Positions 51,912 through 60,665 of a DNA stretch of 64,000 nucleotides are shown one piece after another; within the stretch, counting starts at the first letter, position 1; every line of letters starts with the position of its first letter. This stretch comes from a virus: IMG/VR virus record IMGVR_UViG_3300008262_000045, positions 4,710-68,709 of that record. The stretch is one strand, 5' to 3'. The notes below the pieces were generated by a model that saw nothing but the letters and a program-made list of their open reading frames with translations, was not told where the DNA came from and searched no databases. Position numbers and translations under genes: made by a program.

Positions 51912-52147
51912 TTGCCACCGTTGCCACGGATTGCGTTTTTTTTGAAATCAAACGCGATCATTTGTTTCGTTTTAGCACATCCTCGAAATGCCCTCCGAGC
52001 CTCTTAGAATCTAGGGTTTCGGCCATATTGCATTGATCTTTAAGGGGAGCCGATGGCGGGACTCGAACCCGCGACCTACCGATTACGAATCGAAATTCGG
52101 CCTTTGATTATCATAGTTTTGCGTTGCTGTTGCCACCCTGCTGCCAC
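51912..52147 (+). promoter_or_regulatory. Integrase arm-type sites (paired TGCCAC repeats) flanking the att core
   Basis: TTGCCAC at 51912 and 51921; TTGCCAC at 52130 and CTGCCAC at 52141. Confidence 0.65.
52046..52092 (-). other. attP: attP core: 3' half of tRNA-Thr(CGT)
   Basis: Minus strand CGA-TTCGTAA-TCG gtaggtc GCGGG-TTCGAGT-CCCGC CATCGGC TCC; no D-arm or 5' acceptor strand; 140 bp from the integrase start. Confidence 0.88.
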
Positions 52148-52169
52148 GAATCTTCAGAAGTCAGGTCAA

Positions 52170-52463
52170 TTATTTCGCATTTCCAGCCCGGCGGGTAGTC
52201 TTGATCCGAGCTATTGACGATCCACCAGCGTAGCTCTCGGACGGCAGTACAACATTTCCAGCACTGCCCTTGGCTGGGTGGTTTCCCTGGTTTTGCACTG
52301 CCTCATGCTCCATTAGGAGCGCAATGGCTTTATGAACCATTTTACTGCGATCCGTCGGGCAATACAGGTTTGAGGGGTCATTATTATGATCCGCGACGCA
52401 CTGGTCTATGTAGGTAAGCAAATCCATGCGTAAGGAAATGCTGACCTTGTTGTGTGTTTTCAT
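52170..52463 (-). CDS. Ribbon-helix-helix regulator (candidate repressor)
   Basis: KVSISLRMDLLTYID...DRSKMVHKAI. Confidence 0.65.
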   Translation of the reverse strand: MKTHNKVSISLRMDLLTYIDQCVADHNNDPSNLYCPTDRSKMVHKAIALLMEHEAVQNQGNHPAKGSAGNVVLPSESYAGGSSIARIKTTRRAGNAK

Positions 52464-52730
52464 CAGTCGCACCAGTAACACCAATGCTCCCTGCCGCAAC
52501 TATTTTTTTTAAACCGTGTGAAAATTTAGAAATTGCGTCATGGCCCGCCGAGCCTTTTCTGATCAGCGTTTCCAAATGGTTTAATTTTCTCTTGACACGC
52601 ATTGAAAAATAGAGGGCGTCCGCAGAGCCTTTATTTATGCGGTAGAAAATAAATTTCGGCCTGCCGCGCCTTTATTTATGCGCCTGTCAAATAAAAAAGA
52701 GTAGGTAATTCCCCCACCTTGCAAAAAAAT

Positions 52731-52764
52731 AATTGCTACCGGTAAGACCGAATTGCTACTGGTA
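52731..52764 (+). promoter_or_regulatory. Tandem operator-like repeats AATTGCTAC(C/T)GGTA
   Basis: Copies at 52731-52744 and 52751-52764, overlapping a TTGCAA...TAAGAC promoter-like element. Confidence 0.6.
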
Positions 52765-52769
52765 TTTCC

Positions 52770-52955
52770 ATGCCAAACAACCCGTGCATTAAATTTTCGA
52801 TCAGCCTCCCAATCGAAGCCCACAAATACATCAAACAAAAATCCGAGGCTCAATTTAACCGGCCCATTTCCCAACTCATCACGGAAGCGATTGAGTCGAT
52901 GCGGAAACTCGAAATCAAAAAAGCCAAGACGGAAAAAGCGAAGGCTGCGAAATGA
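52770..52955 (+). CDS. Arc-like ribbon-helix-helix protein
   Basis: IKFSISLPIEAHKYI...RPISQLITEAI. Confidence 0.7.
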   Translation: MPNNPCIKFSISLPIEAHKYIKQKSEAQFNRPISQLITEAIESMRKLEIKKAKTEKAKAAK

Positions 52956-53134
52956 AAACCCCAAACCAAATCGCCAAACTTTTCAGCGTAACCCCCACCG
53001 TAGTCCGCAAGCTCGCCCGCCTTGAGAAGATTCCAGCCTACCGCGTCGGCGGCGTGTGGCGCTTTGACGAAAAAACGGTTCGGGCAATTTTCGCCAACAA
53101 ACCCCAAGCGGCCTTCAACAAGGTTAAAATCTAA
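52952..53134 (+). CDS. Excisionase-like HTH_17 protein
   Basis: TPNQIAKLFSVTPTVVRKLARLEKIPAYRVGGVWRF. Confidence 0.8.
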   Translation: MKTPNQIAKLFSVTPTVVRKLARLEKIPAYRVGGVWRFDEKTVRAIFANKPQAAFNKVKI

Positions 53135-53235
53135 TGGAACACGAAACCCTCATCCGCCTGCTTGGCTACACGCTCGAAGCCGTGTGGCAGTTCGGGCCAG
53201 CCGTTTTGCTCGGCTACATCGCATGGAAACTATGA
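53134..53235 (+). CDS. 33-aa membrane peptide (absent from the ORF track)
   Basis: MEHETLIRLLGYTLEAVWQFGPAVLLGYIAWKL; TAATG and ATGA coupling on both sides. Confidence 0.6.
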   Translation: MEHETLIRLLGYTLEAVWQFGPAVLLGYIAWKL

Positions 53236-53417
53236 ATCCCGAAGAAGCCATCCTACTCGCCTCCCTCGCTTTCGGCTCCATGTGGGCTTGCTGGCACATT
53301 GGCTACCAAGCCGGCCAAAAAAGCGTTTTGAGGGAATTTGAATCTTATTGTGACCGGCGCGACGCCGGCTTGCAAAAACCCCGCCGAGACAATCGGCAAA
53401 CAAAACCCAAAAAATAA
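53232..53417 (+). CDS. Small single-TM protein
   Basis: MNPEEAILLASLAFGSMWACWHIGYQAG. Confidence 0.6.
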   Translation: MNPEEAILLASLAFGSMWACWHIGYQAGQKSVLREFESYCDRRDAGLQKPRRDNRQTKPKK

Positions 53418-53443
53418 ACCCCGCTGGGGACAACCAGCGGGGT
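53418..53443. terminator. 10-bp GC-rich hairpin (terminator-like on the minus strand)
   Basis: ACCCCGCTGG-ggacaa-CCAGCGGGGT with an A-tract on its left. Confidence 0.5.
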
Positions 53444-53463
53444 CAACGAAGGAACCAAACGAA

Positions 53464-54549
53464 ATGAACAACGAAATAACAACAACACAAACAGGGGCGG
53501 TTGTCAATAGCCAACCCAAGAAAGGTCTTCGAGGTTTACTTGAAGGCGAACAATTTAAAAATGCTATCGCGGCGGCTCTGCCGAAGCACTTACCAGCCGA
53601 GCGTTTTATTCGCGTGGCAATAACGGCTATGACGAGGACGCCGAAACTGGCCGATTGCGACCAAGCCAGCTTTTTTAATAGTCTACTTACGCTTTCGCAA
53701 TGCGGTATCGAGCCGGATGGCCGTCGCGCTTATTTAATCCCATACGAAAACCGCAAGCGCGGCGTTACCGAATGCCAGTTGATTATCTCATACATGGGCT
53801 TGCTGGAACTCGCTATGCGAACCGGCGAAATCAGCAATGTCCATGCAGACAAAATCTGCGATAACGATATTTTTGAATATGATCGCGGCCAAATAGGCCG
53901 TCATCAAATTGATTTTCGCCGGCCACGCGGAAGCGCCTATGCCTATTATGCGATTTGCCGCTTTAAAGACGGCACAGAAAAGGCCGAGGTAATGACGCTA
54001 GAGGAAGTTGAAGCGATTCGTAATCGCTCTAGGGCGGGAAATTCCGGGCCTTGGGTTACTGACTTTGACGAAATGGCGAAAAAAACCGCTTTTCGCCGCC
54101 TGTCAAAATGGTTGCCGCTCAGTTCAGAATATCGCGACGCGCTAGACAAGGACGCCGATCAGTTGCCAGCCATACAAGCAACAATAGAAAAGCCAGCAGC
54201 AGTAAAGCCTGTTTTTACGCGCCCCCCTCGCCAAACGCCGGTTCTTGAACAGACGCTTGAACTGGCAACGGAAATCGAAATTCCCGAAGAACCAGCCGCC
54301 GCTCCGAAGCCACCACGCGCTTCAAAAGAAGTGGTCGAAGAGTCCTTTCCAGAAATTGAAACGGATACCCCCCAAAAGCAGTTAGCTATTGCGCTAAGAG
54401 ACGCGCTGGTTCCCGAGGGAGGTTTTATGCGCGCTCTTAAAAAAATGTCTTCAGGCGCAAAAAAGGCATCAACGATTAGCGAACTCTCCGACGAGTTGGC
54501 AAGTCACGCTCTTAACGAAATCAACAGCATCATCGAGGAGATCGAATAA
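53464..54549 (+). CDS. recT: RecT-family single-strand annealing protein
   Basis: LPKHLPAERFIR, AYLIPY, CQLIISYMG, PWVTDFDEMAKKT. Confidence 0.92.
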   Translation: MNNEITTTQTGAVVNSQPKKGLRGLLEGEQFKNAIAAALPKHLPAERFIRVAITAMTRTPKLADCDQASFFNSLLTLSQCGIEPDGRRAYLIPYENRKRGVTECQLIISYMGLLELAMRTGEISNVHADKICDNDIFEYDRGQIGRHQIDFRRPRGSAYAYYAICRFKDGTEKAEVMTLEEVEAIRNRSRAGNSGPWVTDFDEMAKKTAFRRLSKWLPLSSEYRDALDKDADQLPAIQATIEKPAAVKPVFTRPPRQTPVLEQTLELATEIEIPEEPAAAPKPPRASKEVVEESFPEIETDTPQKQLAIALRDALVPEGGFMRALKKMSSGAKKASTISELSDELASHALNEINSIIEEIE

Positions 54550-55352
54550 TGAACTTTTCACCTAACACCGAAGGAAGATTTTACGACTTGGACGAGGCGA
54601 TTTACCGCCAAGCTCCGGGCGTCAACATCAGCAATTTGAAACTCATGGGCCGCTCTCCATCCCACTATTGGGCAAAACTGAATGCCCCGCCAATCACGCC
54701 GACACCGGCAATGATTTTCGGGACACTGGTTCACAGGGCTTGCCTAGAGCCACAAAAACTTCAAGGAAGTTTCGCAGTCAAGCCGTCCGATATGGATTTT
54801 CGATCCAAGGAAGGCAAGGCATGGCGCGATTCTCAAACCGCGCCAATCATCGACGCGGAGCAGGCTTCTGCATTGACGCAAATTGCAGATCAAATTGCAT
54901 CACACGAAATCGCGGGAGAAATCCTAAAGAACGCAGATCGTGAGGTTTCGCAGTTTAAACGGCGCGAAAGCGGCACAATGCTGAAAGGCCGGATCGACGC
55001 CCATACAATGCACGAGGATTACGAGACTCTCGTGGATATTAAAACGACGGATGACGCCAGCCCTGGCGCGTTCGCCAGAACAATCGCCAATTTTGGGTAT
55101 GCGGAACAAGCCGCATTTTACCTCGATTTGATTGGAGCGTCGCGGTTTTACTTTATCGCCGTAGAAAAAGCCGCTCCCTATGCCATTGCGATTTACAAGT
55201 TAGACGAAGCAAGCATCGCGAAAGGCCGCGAAAAGAACGCTCGCAACCTCGATTTACTCGAAATGTGCGAAAAGACAGGGAAATGGGCCGGATATTTTGA
55301 CGGCATCCAAGAAATCAGCCTGCCAGCGTGGGCAAAAAAGGAGGGGGAATAA
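54549..55352 (+). CDS. RecE/exonuclease VIII-like PD-(D/E)XK nuclease (DUF3799 type)
   Basis: FGTLVH..LEP, LKGRID, VDIKTT, YAEQAAFY, FIAVEK. Confidence 0.88.
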   Translation: MNFSPNTEGRFYDLDEAIYRQAPGVNISNLKLMGRSPSHYWAKLNAPPITPTPAMIFGTLVHRACLEPQKLQGSFAVKPSDMDFRSKEGKAWRDSQTAPIIDAEQASALTQIADQIASHEIAGEILKNADREVSQFKRRESGTMLKGRIDAHTMHEDYETLVDIKTTDDASPGAFARTIANFGYAEQAAFYLDLIGASRFYFIAVEKAAPYAIAIYKLDEASIAKGREKNARNLDLLEMCEKTGKWAGYFDGIQEISLPAWAKKEGE

Positions 55353-55353
55353 T

Positions 55354-55587
55354 ATGGAACAGCCAGCCCCCTACATTGCTCGGCCCAAGCTGGAACTTGT
55401 GAAAAAAACCATAGCAACCACCTACGAATACAAGTGCGGAGACAAGGCGGGATTCACGATTCAGTTTGTAGATTCGGAATTTAAGCAGGCCAGATTCCCG
55501 ATGAAAGACCCGTACACGAAGCACGATTGGCAAATCTTGGGGGCGATTTCAGACGAAATCCAAAAAGTGGAAGGAGGGTTATTATAA
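55354..55587 (+). CDS. Hypothetical protein
   Basis: GGAGG upstream; coupled to the next gene. Confidence 0.6.
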   Translation: MEQPAPYIARPKLELVKKTIATTYEYKCGDKAGFTIQFVDSEFKQARFPMKDPYTKHDWQILGAISDEIQKVEGGLL

Positions 55588-56087
55588 TGGCAGTTTCAAA
55601 ATTAAAAACACGGTTTGCTGTTATGCGTCAGAAGCTAGGGCCAAAGGGCAATGTTAATTATTTAATAAGTAAAACCGGCCTTAGTGATTCTTGGATCAAA
55701 AAAGTTTCCTGCGGTGCAACAGATCTCCAATACAGACAAGCAAAATTATTTGAGCTAACATTTGGGTTTTCCGCAGATTGGTTACTAGGTGAAGATGTTC
55801 CGATGATGGTTGGTAGGGACTGCGAAATGAGTTTAACCACGGAGAACGCGCAGTTAAATGACGGCGGGGCCGCTTTTCCTATTCCGGGGATCATTGGTCA
55901 AGATAACAACTGGATTGAATCACCTATTACCGGAATGTCCCTTCGAGACTGGTTCGCGGGGATGGCTTTACAGGGGCGGGCGCACATGATTAACCCACCG
56001 CATAGGACTGCGAAAGGTTGTTACGCAATCGCAGACGCCATGCTCTACGAACGCAATCATAATCATAAGGAGGAATCCAATGATTGA
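55587..56087 (+). CDS. XRE-like HTH in frame with a GGxAFP...GMSLRDWFA module
   Basis: GFSADWLLG end of an HTH; DGGAAFP...GMSLRDWFAGMALQG...YAIADAML. Confidence 0.6.
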   Translation: MAVSKLKTRFAVMRQKLGPKGNVNYLISKTGLSDSWIKKVSCGATDLQYRQAKLFELTFGFSADWLLGEDVPMMVGRDCEMSLTTENAQLNDGGAAFPIPGIIGQDNNWIESPITGMSLRDWFAGMALQGRAHMINPPHRTAKGCYAIADAMLYERNHNHKEESND

Positions 56088-56388
56088 CCTTCCCCTTTGG
56101 GCGGCGGCGACATCCTACCCAACCTTGGCCGGGAGCAAGGCTGGAGGAACGAGCGCCGAGGCCGCAGATAAAATTGACAACAAGCGACTGCAAGGCATGG
56201 CGCTGGAAACCCTAAAGAAACACCCAGCCGGAATGACGGCAGACGAAATCGCGGCGGCACTTTGCTTGAGCATTCTTTCAATCCGCCCGCGCATTTCCGA
56301 GCTAAAGCGGCTTGGGAAAGTCCAAAAAACCAACCAACGGAGACAAAACGCCTCCGGCATGACAGCAATTGTATGGATACCACAATAA
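56080..56388 (+). CDS. Winged-helix protein
   Basis: GMTADEIAAAL..SIRPRISELKRLG. Confidence 0.7.
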   Translation: MIDLPLWAAATSYPTLAGSKAGGTSAEAADKIDNKRLQGMALETLKKHPAGMTADEIAAALCLSILSIRPRISELKRLGKVQKTNQRRQNASGMTAIVWIPQ

Positions 56389-56657
56389 TTGACGAACCAG
56401 ATAAATTGGTACGAGGCCACGGAGAAACGACTTATATCGGCTCGATACAGGCGGCTCCTGGTCTTATCGGAGAAATCTGCACATGGCAACCGGCTGATAA
56501 ACCACCAACCGAAGGCCAATCGGTAGTCATGGCTCTTGAGGACGGCCAGCCGTGGACAGGCTATATCGCAGACGATGGCTCTTGGAGATACATCAGCGGT
56601 GATCCCGTCATCGAGGCTGTAACGCATTGGTTAAACATACCAGAAATGTCAAATTAA
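56373..56657 (+). CDS. DUF551-like hypothetical protein
   Basis: WQPADKPP...VTHWL pattern. Confidence 0.55.
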   Translation: MDTTIIDEPDKLVRGHGETTYIGSIQAAPGLIGEICTWQPADKPPTEGQSVVMALEDGQPWTGYIADDGSWRYISGDPVIEAVTHWLNIPEMSN

Positions 56658-56671
56658 AAAACTTATATAAC

Positions 56672-56959
56672 ATGAATATAAAAGAGAAAGAAATAGAGAA
56701 AGATTTAATGTCAAAAGCAGAGATAAGTCGGCTAAAAGCTATCGCATCAGATGTCGCAAAGCTGATTAAAAGAAGTAACGGATTAAATGAAAAAATCGAC
56801 GCGCTTCATGCCGAAGCACGCGATCTTGTTGGATTTGAACACATCAATATCACATTTAATGAGGACTACGATTTAGGTTGGAATGATTGCCCTAATGAAC
56901 TTGCAGAAGAATATATCCGATGGGCAAAAAAAGCGCGGACATCTTGGCATGTTTGGTAA
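56672..56959 (+). CDS. Hypothetical protein
   Basis: ORF in the rightward operon. Confidence 0.5.
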   Translation: MNIKEKEIEKDLMSKAEISRLKAIASDVAKLIKRSNGLNEKIDALHAEARDLVGFEHINITFNEDYDLGWNDCPNELAEEYIRWAKKARTSWHVW

Positions 56960-56964
56960 ATTAC

Positions 56965-57141
56965 ATGAAAAAACAAACAAATAGCCAACTTCAATCAAGG
57001 GTTTCGTATCTCGAAGCTCAACTAGAACGAATTTTTCAGGCTTTGACTTCAATCTGCGTTGCACAACAGATTCACGACACGGCTTGGGAAGAACTGGATT
57101 TGTGGCGCACGAAACAATTTAACGAAAAAAATAGGAAATAA
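56965..57141 (+). CDS. Hypothetical protein
   Basis: Short coiled-coil ORF tiling the operon. Confidence 0.45.
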   Translation: MKKQTNSQLQSRVSYLEAQLERIFQALTSICVAQQIHDTAWEELDLWRTKQFNEKNRK

Positions 57142-57142
57142 T

Positions 57143-57340
57143 ATGGGAGCTACAAAAGCAGAAATGTTGGAAAAATTACAGAAAGAGGCCGAGGAAAACA
57201 ATAAGGTAGCGAGAGCCGCTGGTTTTGATGATTACGCAGAATATGCGGCGTATCTGGAAGATGTAGGCTTGGGGTGGATTGTACTCCGCAACCAATGTAA
57301 AAAGCAGGGAAAAATTAAGAAAAGAGGGAACGGCTTATGA
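57143..57340 (+). CDS. Hypothetical protein
   Basis: ORF tiling the operon. Confidence 0.45.
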   Translation: MGATKAEMLEKLQKEAEENNKVARAAGFDDYAEYAAYLEDVGLGWIVLRNQCKKQGKIKKRGNGL

Positions 57341-57350
57341 AGGAGGGAAA

Positions 57351-57782
57351 ATGAAAGCCGATGTCCTCCCTGAAAATATCCTGCGGTGCATGAGCGCCGA
57401 GGATCGCGCCACCCACGCCAAGGCCGTTGGACACCCGAACGCCGGGAAAACCAGCGCCGAATTACGGGAGGCAGCGATTAAAAAAGACGAAAAGAGCGCA
57501 CAAAAAGACATCGCCAATTACCTACGGATGCGCGGGATTGAATTTATCTGCCCACCGATGAACCGCAAAAGCATCCTGCCCGAGGGCTGGCCCGATTTCA
57601 CATTGGCCCTTGAAGGCAAGGCGATGGCTTTCGAGGTCAAGGTATGGGGCGGGAAGCCCCGCCCGGAGCAACTAACACGCCATGACAAAATGCGCGGCAA
57701 TGGCTGGCAAGTTTTTGTCGTTAATTCCGTTGCTGATGTAGTTGCAATTTTTCAAAACCAACAAACCCAACCCAACCCATGA
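57351..57782 (+). CDS. VRR-NUC nuclease (resolvase-like)
   Basis: EKSAQKDI, GWPDF, FEVK, PRPEQ, VVNSV; AGGAGG RBS. Confidence 0.8.
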   Translation: MKADVLPENILRCMSAEDRATHAKAVGHPNAGKTSAELREAAIKKDEKSAQKDIANYLRMRGIEFICPPMNRKSILPEGWPDFTLALEGKAMAFEVKVWGGKPRPEQLTRHDKMRGNGWQVFVVNSVADVVAIFQNQQTQPNP

Positions 57783-58024
57783 ACACCGAAGACATCCTGG
57801 CCGGATTAAAGGCCGCAAAAACCCAAAAGAACAAGGCGTTGATTAAAGCGACGCTGGAACACATTGAGAACAGCCACAAAGCCATTTGCGGTCTGGTGGC
57901 TCAACGCAACAAATGGAAGGCGGAATGTCAGGCATTGCTGAAGTTGATAGGTAAAATCAACCAAGATGCAGAAATCCGCGAAGCGGCGATGAAAAAGCAG
58001 AGCGAAATCAATTATCTGCAATGA
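57779..58024 (+). CDS. Hypothetical coiled-coil protein
   Basis: ATGA-coupled ORF. Confidence 0.55.
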   Translation: MNTEDILAGLKAAKTQKNKALIKATLEHIENSHKAICGLVAQRNKWKAECQALLKLIGKINQDAEIREAAMKKQSEINYLQ

Positions 58025-58347
58025 TTCCAACCGAAAACATTTTCCTCGCCCTGCGGACATTGGGCAGCAACATCGAGGAGCCGGATTCGGAAGACCCCAA
58101 GGCCGAAGAGGTGAACCAGACAAAAATGCTGGTCAACGATGCGGCAAACCGGCTGGAAATGTTAAGCAAGGCCGTGGTCAAATTGTCACGGCGGCTGGAT
58201 CGTTACGCGCAATCGCGGGCTAACTGGAAGGCCAGGGCGAAGGATGCGGAAAATTTTATCGCGCTGGAGCAGGCTCAACAGGCCGTCCTGCAAATCAAAT
58301 TTCAAGCAGCAATGCAAAACTTTATCAATCAAAAGAATTTATCATAA
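58021..58347 (+). CDS. Hypothetical coiled-coil protein
   Basis: ATGA-coupled; RANWKA resembles RNKWKA in the preceding gene. Confidence 0.55.
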   Translation: MIPTENIFLALRTLGSNIEEPDSEDPKAEEVNQTKMLVNDAANRLEMLSKAVVKLSRRLDRYAQSRANWKARAKDAENFIALEQAQQAVLQIKFQAAMQNFINQKNLS

Positions 58348-58778
58348 TGGAAAACAAAAAACAAATCTACCTAGCTAGGAAATTTCTTAAACTGCAAAAC
58401 AAGCAGTTCGGCGTTACGATGCAACTAATCCCCCGTGAGCAATGGGGGGCCGAGGCCGAGGAAGATGCGCCTAAAACTATCAAGGAAGTATGGCGAAGCC
58501 GCGATTACTGCGCCCAAATCCACGACGATGCCGGCATTTTGCGGATATCCGCTTGCCGGACAGCTATTGATAGTGAAGGCCGATGGCTGGACGGAATTAC
58601 TTGGGAGGAGTTGCAACGGATCAAAAACGAGATCGGGTTTGCCGAGCGGGAAGCCGTCGAGATTTATCCGCCTAAAACTGACGAGGTGACGATTGCCAAC
58701 ATGAGACATCTTTGGCTTTTGCCCGAGGGCGAGCGGTTGCCATTTAGCTGGAGGCGCGAAACCGAACCCACGGAATAA
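58347..58778 (+). CDS. Conserved phage hypothetical protein
   Basis: DGITWEELQRIK..G...AVEIYP....NMRHLW. Confidence 0.7.
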   Translation: MENKKQIYLARKFLKLQNKQFGVTMQLIPREQWGAEAEEDAPKTIKEVWRSRDYCAQIHDDAGILRISACRTAIDSEGRWLDGITWEELQRIKNEIGFAEREAVEIYPPKTDEVTIANMRHLWLLPEGERLPFSWRRETEPTE

Positions 58779-58783
58779 AATAT

Positions 58784-59503
58784 ATGCGTTGGTTAAACCT
58801 TGAAATTTCAAATCTACGATCCCCGGCCTTTGTTGGGGCAGAACCTGTTGAAAGGGCGACTTGGTTGAGCTTACTCGCCTACTGCGCCGACCAAGAAAAT
58901 GGCGGGATTATTGCTGAATGTCGGGCGTGGAAAGACCGACAATGGCAACAGACTTGCGGCATTACGCAGGCTGAAGCGCAACAGGAGTGCCTGTTGTGGG
59001 ATTGGGACGGCGACAATTTGTGTGTGTCCTTTTTCCCGCTGGCTAAACAAGCCGAGGTACAAATCAAAAGAGAGGCTGGGAAATTGGGCGGGAGCGTTAA
59101 ATCCGAAGCAAAAACCCAAGCATCGCGAGTTAATGGAGCCAAGCACAACCCAAGCACAACCCAAGCAGACACCCAAGCACAATCCAAGCAAAAGCCAAGC
59201 TCCAACCCAACGGAAAGGAAAGGAAAGGAAAGTAATGGAAATGGAAAGGAAGGAGAAGAAGGCGGCGTTTCCGCCGCACGGCACACTAATGCCTACACAC
59301 TCGATGAAGAGTTTTGGGAAGAAATGAGACGGCATCATCCAGATATTGATGTGCAAGCCGAGTCCCGCAAAATGGACGCATGGCTTACGGCCCGACCTGG
59401 ACGGAAAAAAACACGGCAGTTTGTCATTATGTGGCTCGGCAAGACTGAGCCGGTTTTAGCACCAGAAAAAACTGAAGAAAGCAAATGGGCATGGAAAATC
59501 TGA
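58784..59503 (+). CDS. Replication initiator (lambda O-like architecture)
   Basis: N-terminal domain, low-complexity linker holding DNA repeats, C-terminal helical domain; precedes a DnaC-like gene. Confidence 0.75.
   Translation: MRWLNLEISNLRSPAFVGAEPVERATWLSLLAYCADQENGGIIAECRAWKDRQWQQTCGITQAEAQQECLLWDWDGDNLCVSFFPLAKQAEVQIKREAGKLGGSVKSEAKTQASRVNGAKHNPSTTQADTQAQSKQKPSSNPTERKGKESNGNGKEGEEGGVSAARHTNAYTLDEEFWEEMRRHHPDIDVQAESRKMDAWLTARPGRKKTRQFVIMWLGKTEPVLAPEKTEESKWAWKI
59116..59262 (+). repeat. Putative replication origin: phased CCAAGC iterons plus GGAAA purine tract
   Basis: CCAAGC at 59116, 59139, 59150, 59161, 59173, 59184, 59195; GGAAA repeats from 59212. Confidence 0.7.
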
Positions 59504-60210
59504 ACAATCTAATAATGCAACCCTGCGCCACCCTAGATTGCGAAAATCTCGTCCCAATGCCGGGATCGGACTTTGCACGGTTTTTCCCAACAATGAAAAT
59601 CCTGTGCGAGGCTTGCGATATCGAGCGCATTGAGGAATTAAAGCGTAAACAGGCCGAAGAAGAGCAAGAACGCCGCCAAGAAGCGTTTTTTAGCCTCTGT
59701 CCACCCATTTACCGCGAAAGCGACCTAAATCGCATTCCAGCGGCATTTCTGCGCGAATGCAGGACTTGGAAGGTTTCGCCACAAGGGCTGGCGTTTGTCG
59801 GGAAGGCTGGCAGCGGAAAAACCCGAGCCTCATGGCTACTCTTAAAGCGTTTGCATTTTAGCGGGGTTGGAGTTTATGGACTGACAGCAACGCAATACGC
59901 AAAAGCCTGTGCTGACCAATGGCAGGATAACGCGCAACTCAAGGCAACATCCGATGAAGTTTTAGAAAAATGCCGAAAAGTAAGGGTTTTGCTTATTGAT
60001 GATTTGGGGAAAAATAAATTCACCGAGAGGGCCGAATTGGAATTTTTTGACTTACTGGAACACCGCACTAGCCACGAAATGCCGGTCATTTGGACTGCAA
60101 ACGCAGAGGGAACAACTTTTTTGAAAATGCTCTCGTCGGATCGCGGCGAGCCGATCCTCCGGCGGTTATCGGAGTTTACAAAAATCATTAACACAGAACA
60201 TGACAGATAA
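59485..60210 (+). CDS. DnaC/IstB-like ATPase (helicase loader)
   Basis: Cys-containing N-terminus, Walker A GKAGSGKT, Walker B LLIDDLG, WTAN, RRL. Confidence 0.88.
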   Translation: MGMENLNNLIMQPCATLDCENLVPMPGSDFARFFPTMKILCEACDIERIEELKRKQAEEEQERRQEAFFSLCPPIYRESDLNRIPAAFLRECRTWKVSPQGLAFVGKAGSGKTRASWLLLKRLHFSGVGVYGLTATQYAKACADQWQDNAQLKATSDEVLEKCRKVRVLLIDDLGKNKFTERAELEFFDLLEHRTSHEMPVIWTANAEGTTFLKMLSSDRGEPILRRLSEFTKIINTEHDR

Positions 60211-60604
60211 ACTTATAAATGAAATAATTGATGTTACAAAAGCTCCTACCGGGAACATCATAGACAGAAGAGGATACAAGGCAGGAGATTTAATAGTAAT
60301 TGGTTTTGCGGATATAAAACCAAGAACACGACTAAAAAATGATAAAGATCCTCATTGGGTTGGTAAGGTCACTCCATGCAAAACTATAAAAACTGATAAT
60401 GAAAATTATTGGTGGGTTGATAGGAATGGAGAAATTTTGAGGTGGGGGTGGAAGGCAGTTAAGAAATATGAAAGATTTTTCAAATTATTAAAAATAGCAG
60501 GCATTAAAAATACAAACCCGAAAGGATGGACTGATGAAGAAGGTGAAAGATATCGCGCTGCTAAATTAGAGTATCAAAATTGTGCCGGCACGATTGACAA
60601 ATAA
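60200..60604 (+). CDS. AT-rich hypothetical protein (moron-like)
   Basis: 134 aa; visibly more AT-rich than its neighbours. Confidence 0.6.
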   Translation: MTDKLINEIIDVTKAPTGNIIDRRGYKAGDLIVIGFADIKPRTRLKNDKDPHWVGKVTPCKTIKTDNENYWWVDRNGEILRWGWKAVKKYERFFKLLKIAGIKNTNPKGWTDEEGERYRAAKLEYQNCAGTIDK

Positions 60605-60665
60605 CAAAACTCTATGATACCTCGGACTAATTTCCCTAGATAAACCAACAACCAACCACCTAAAA

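Noticed and set aside
52046-52120. Complete tRNA-Thr gene
   Set aside because: Only the anticodon arm to 3' end is present; upstream sequence cannot form a D-arm or the GCCGATG acceptor strand
53338-53463. N-terminal extension of RecT given by the ORF track
   Set aside because: Overlaps the upstream gene and a hairpin; ATG at 53464 after an AAGGA-containing leader is more plausible
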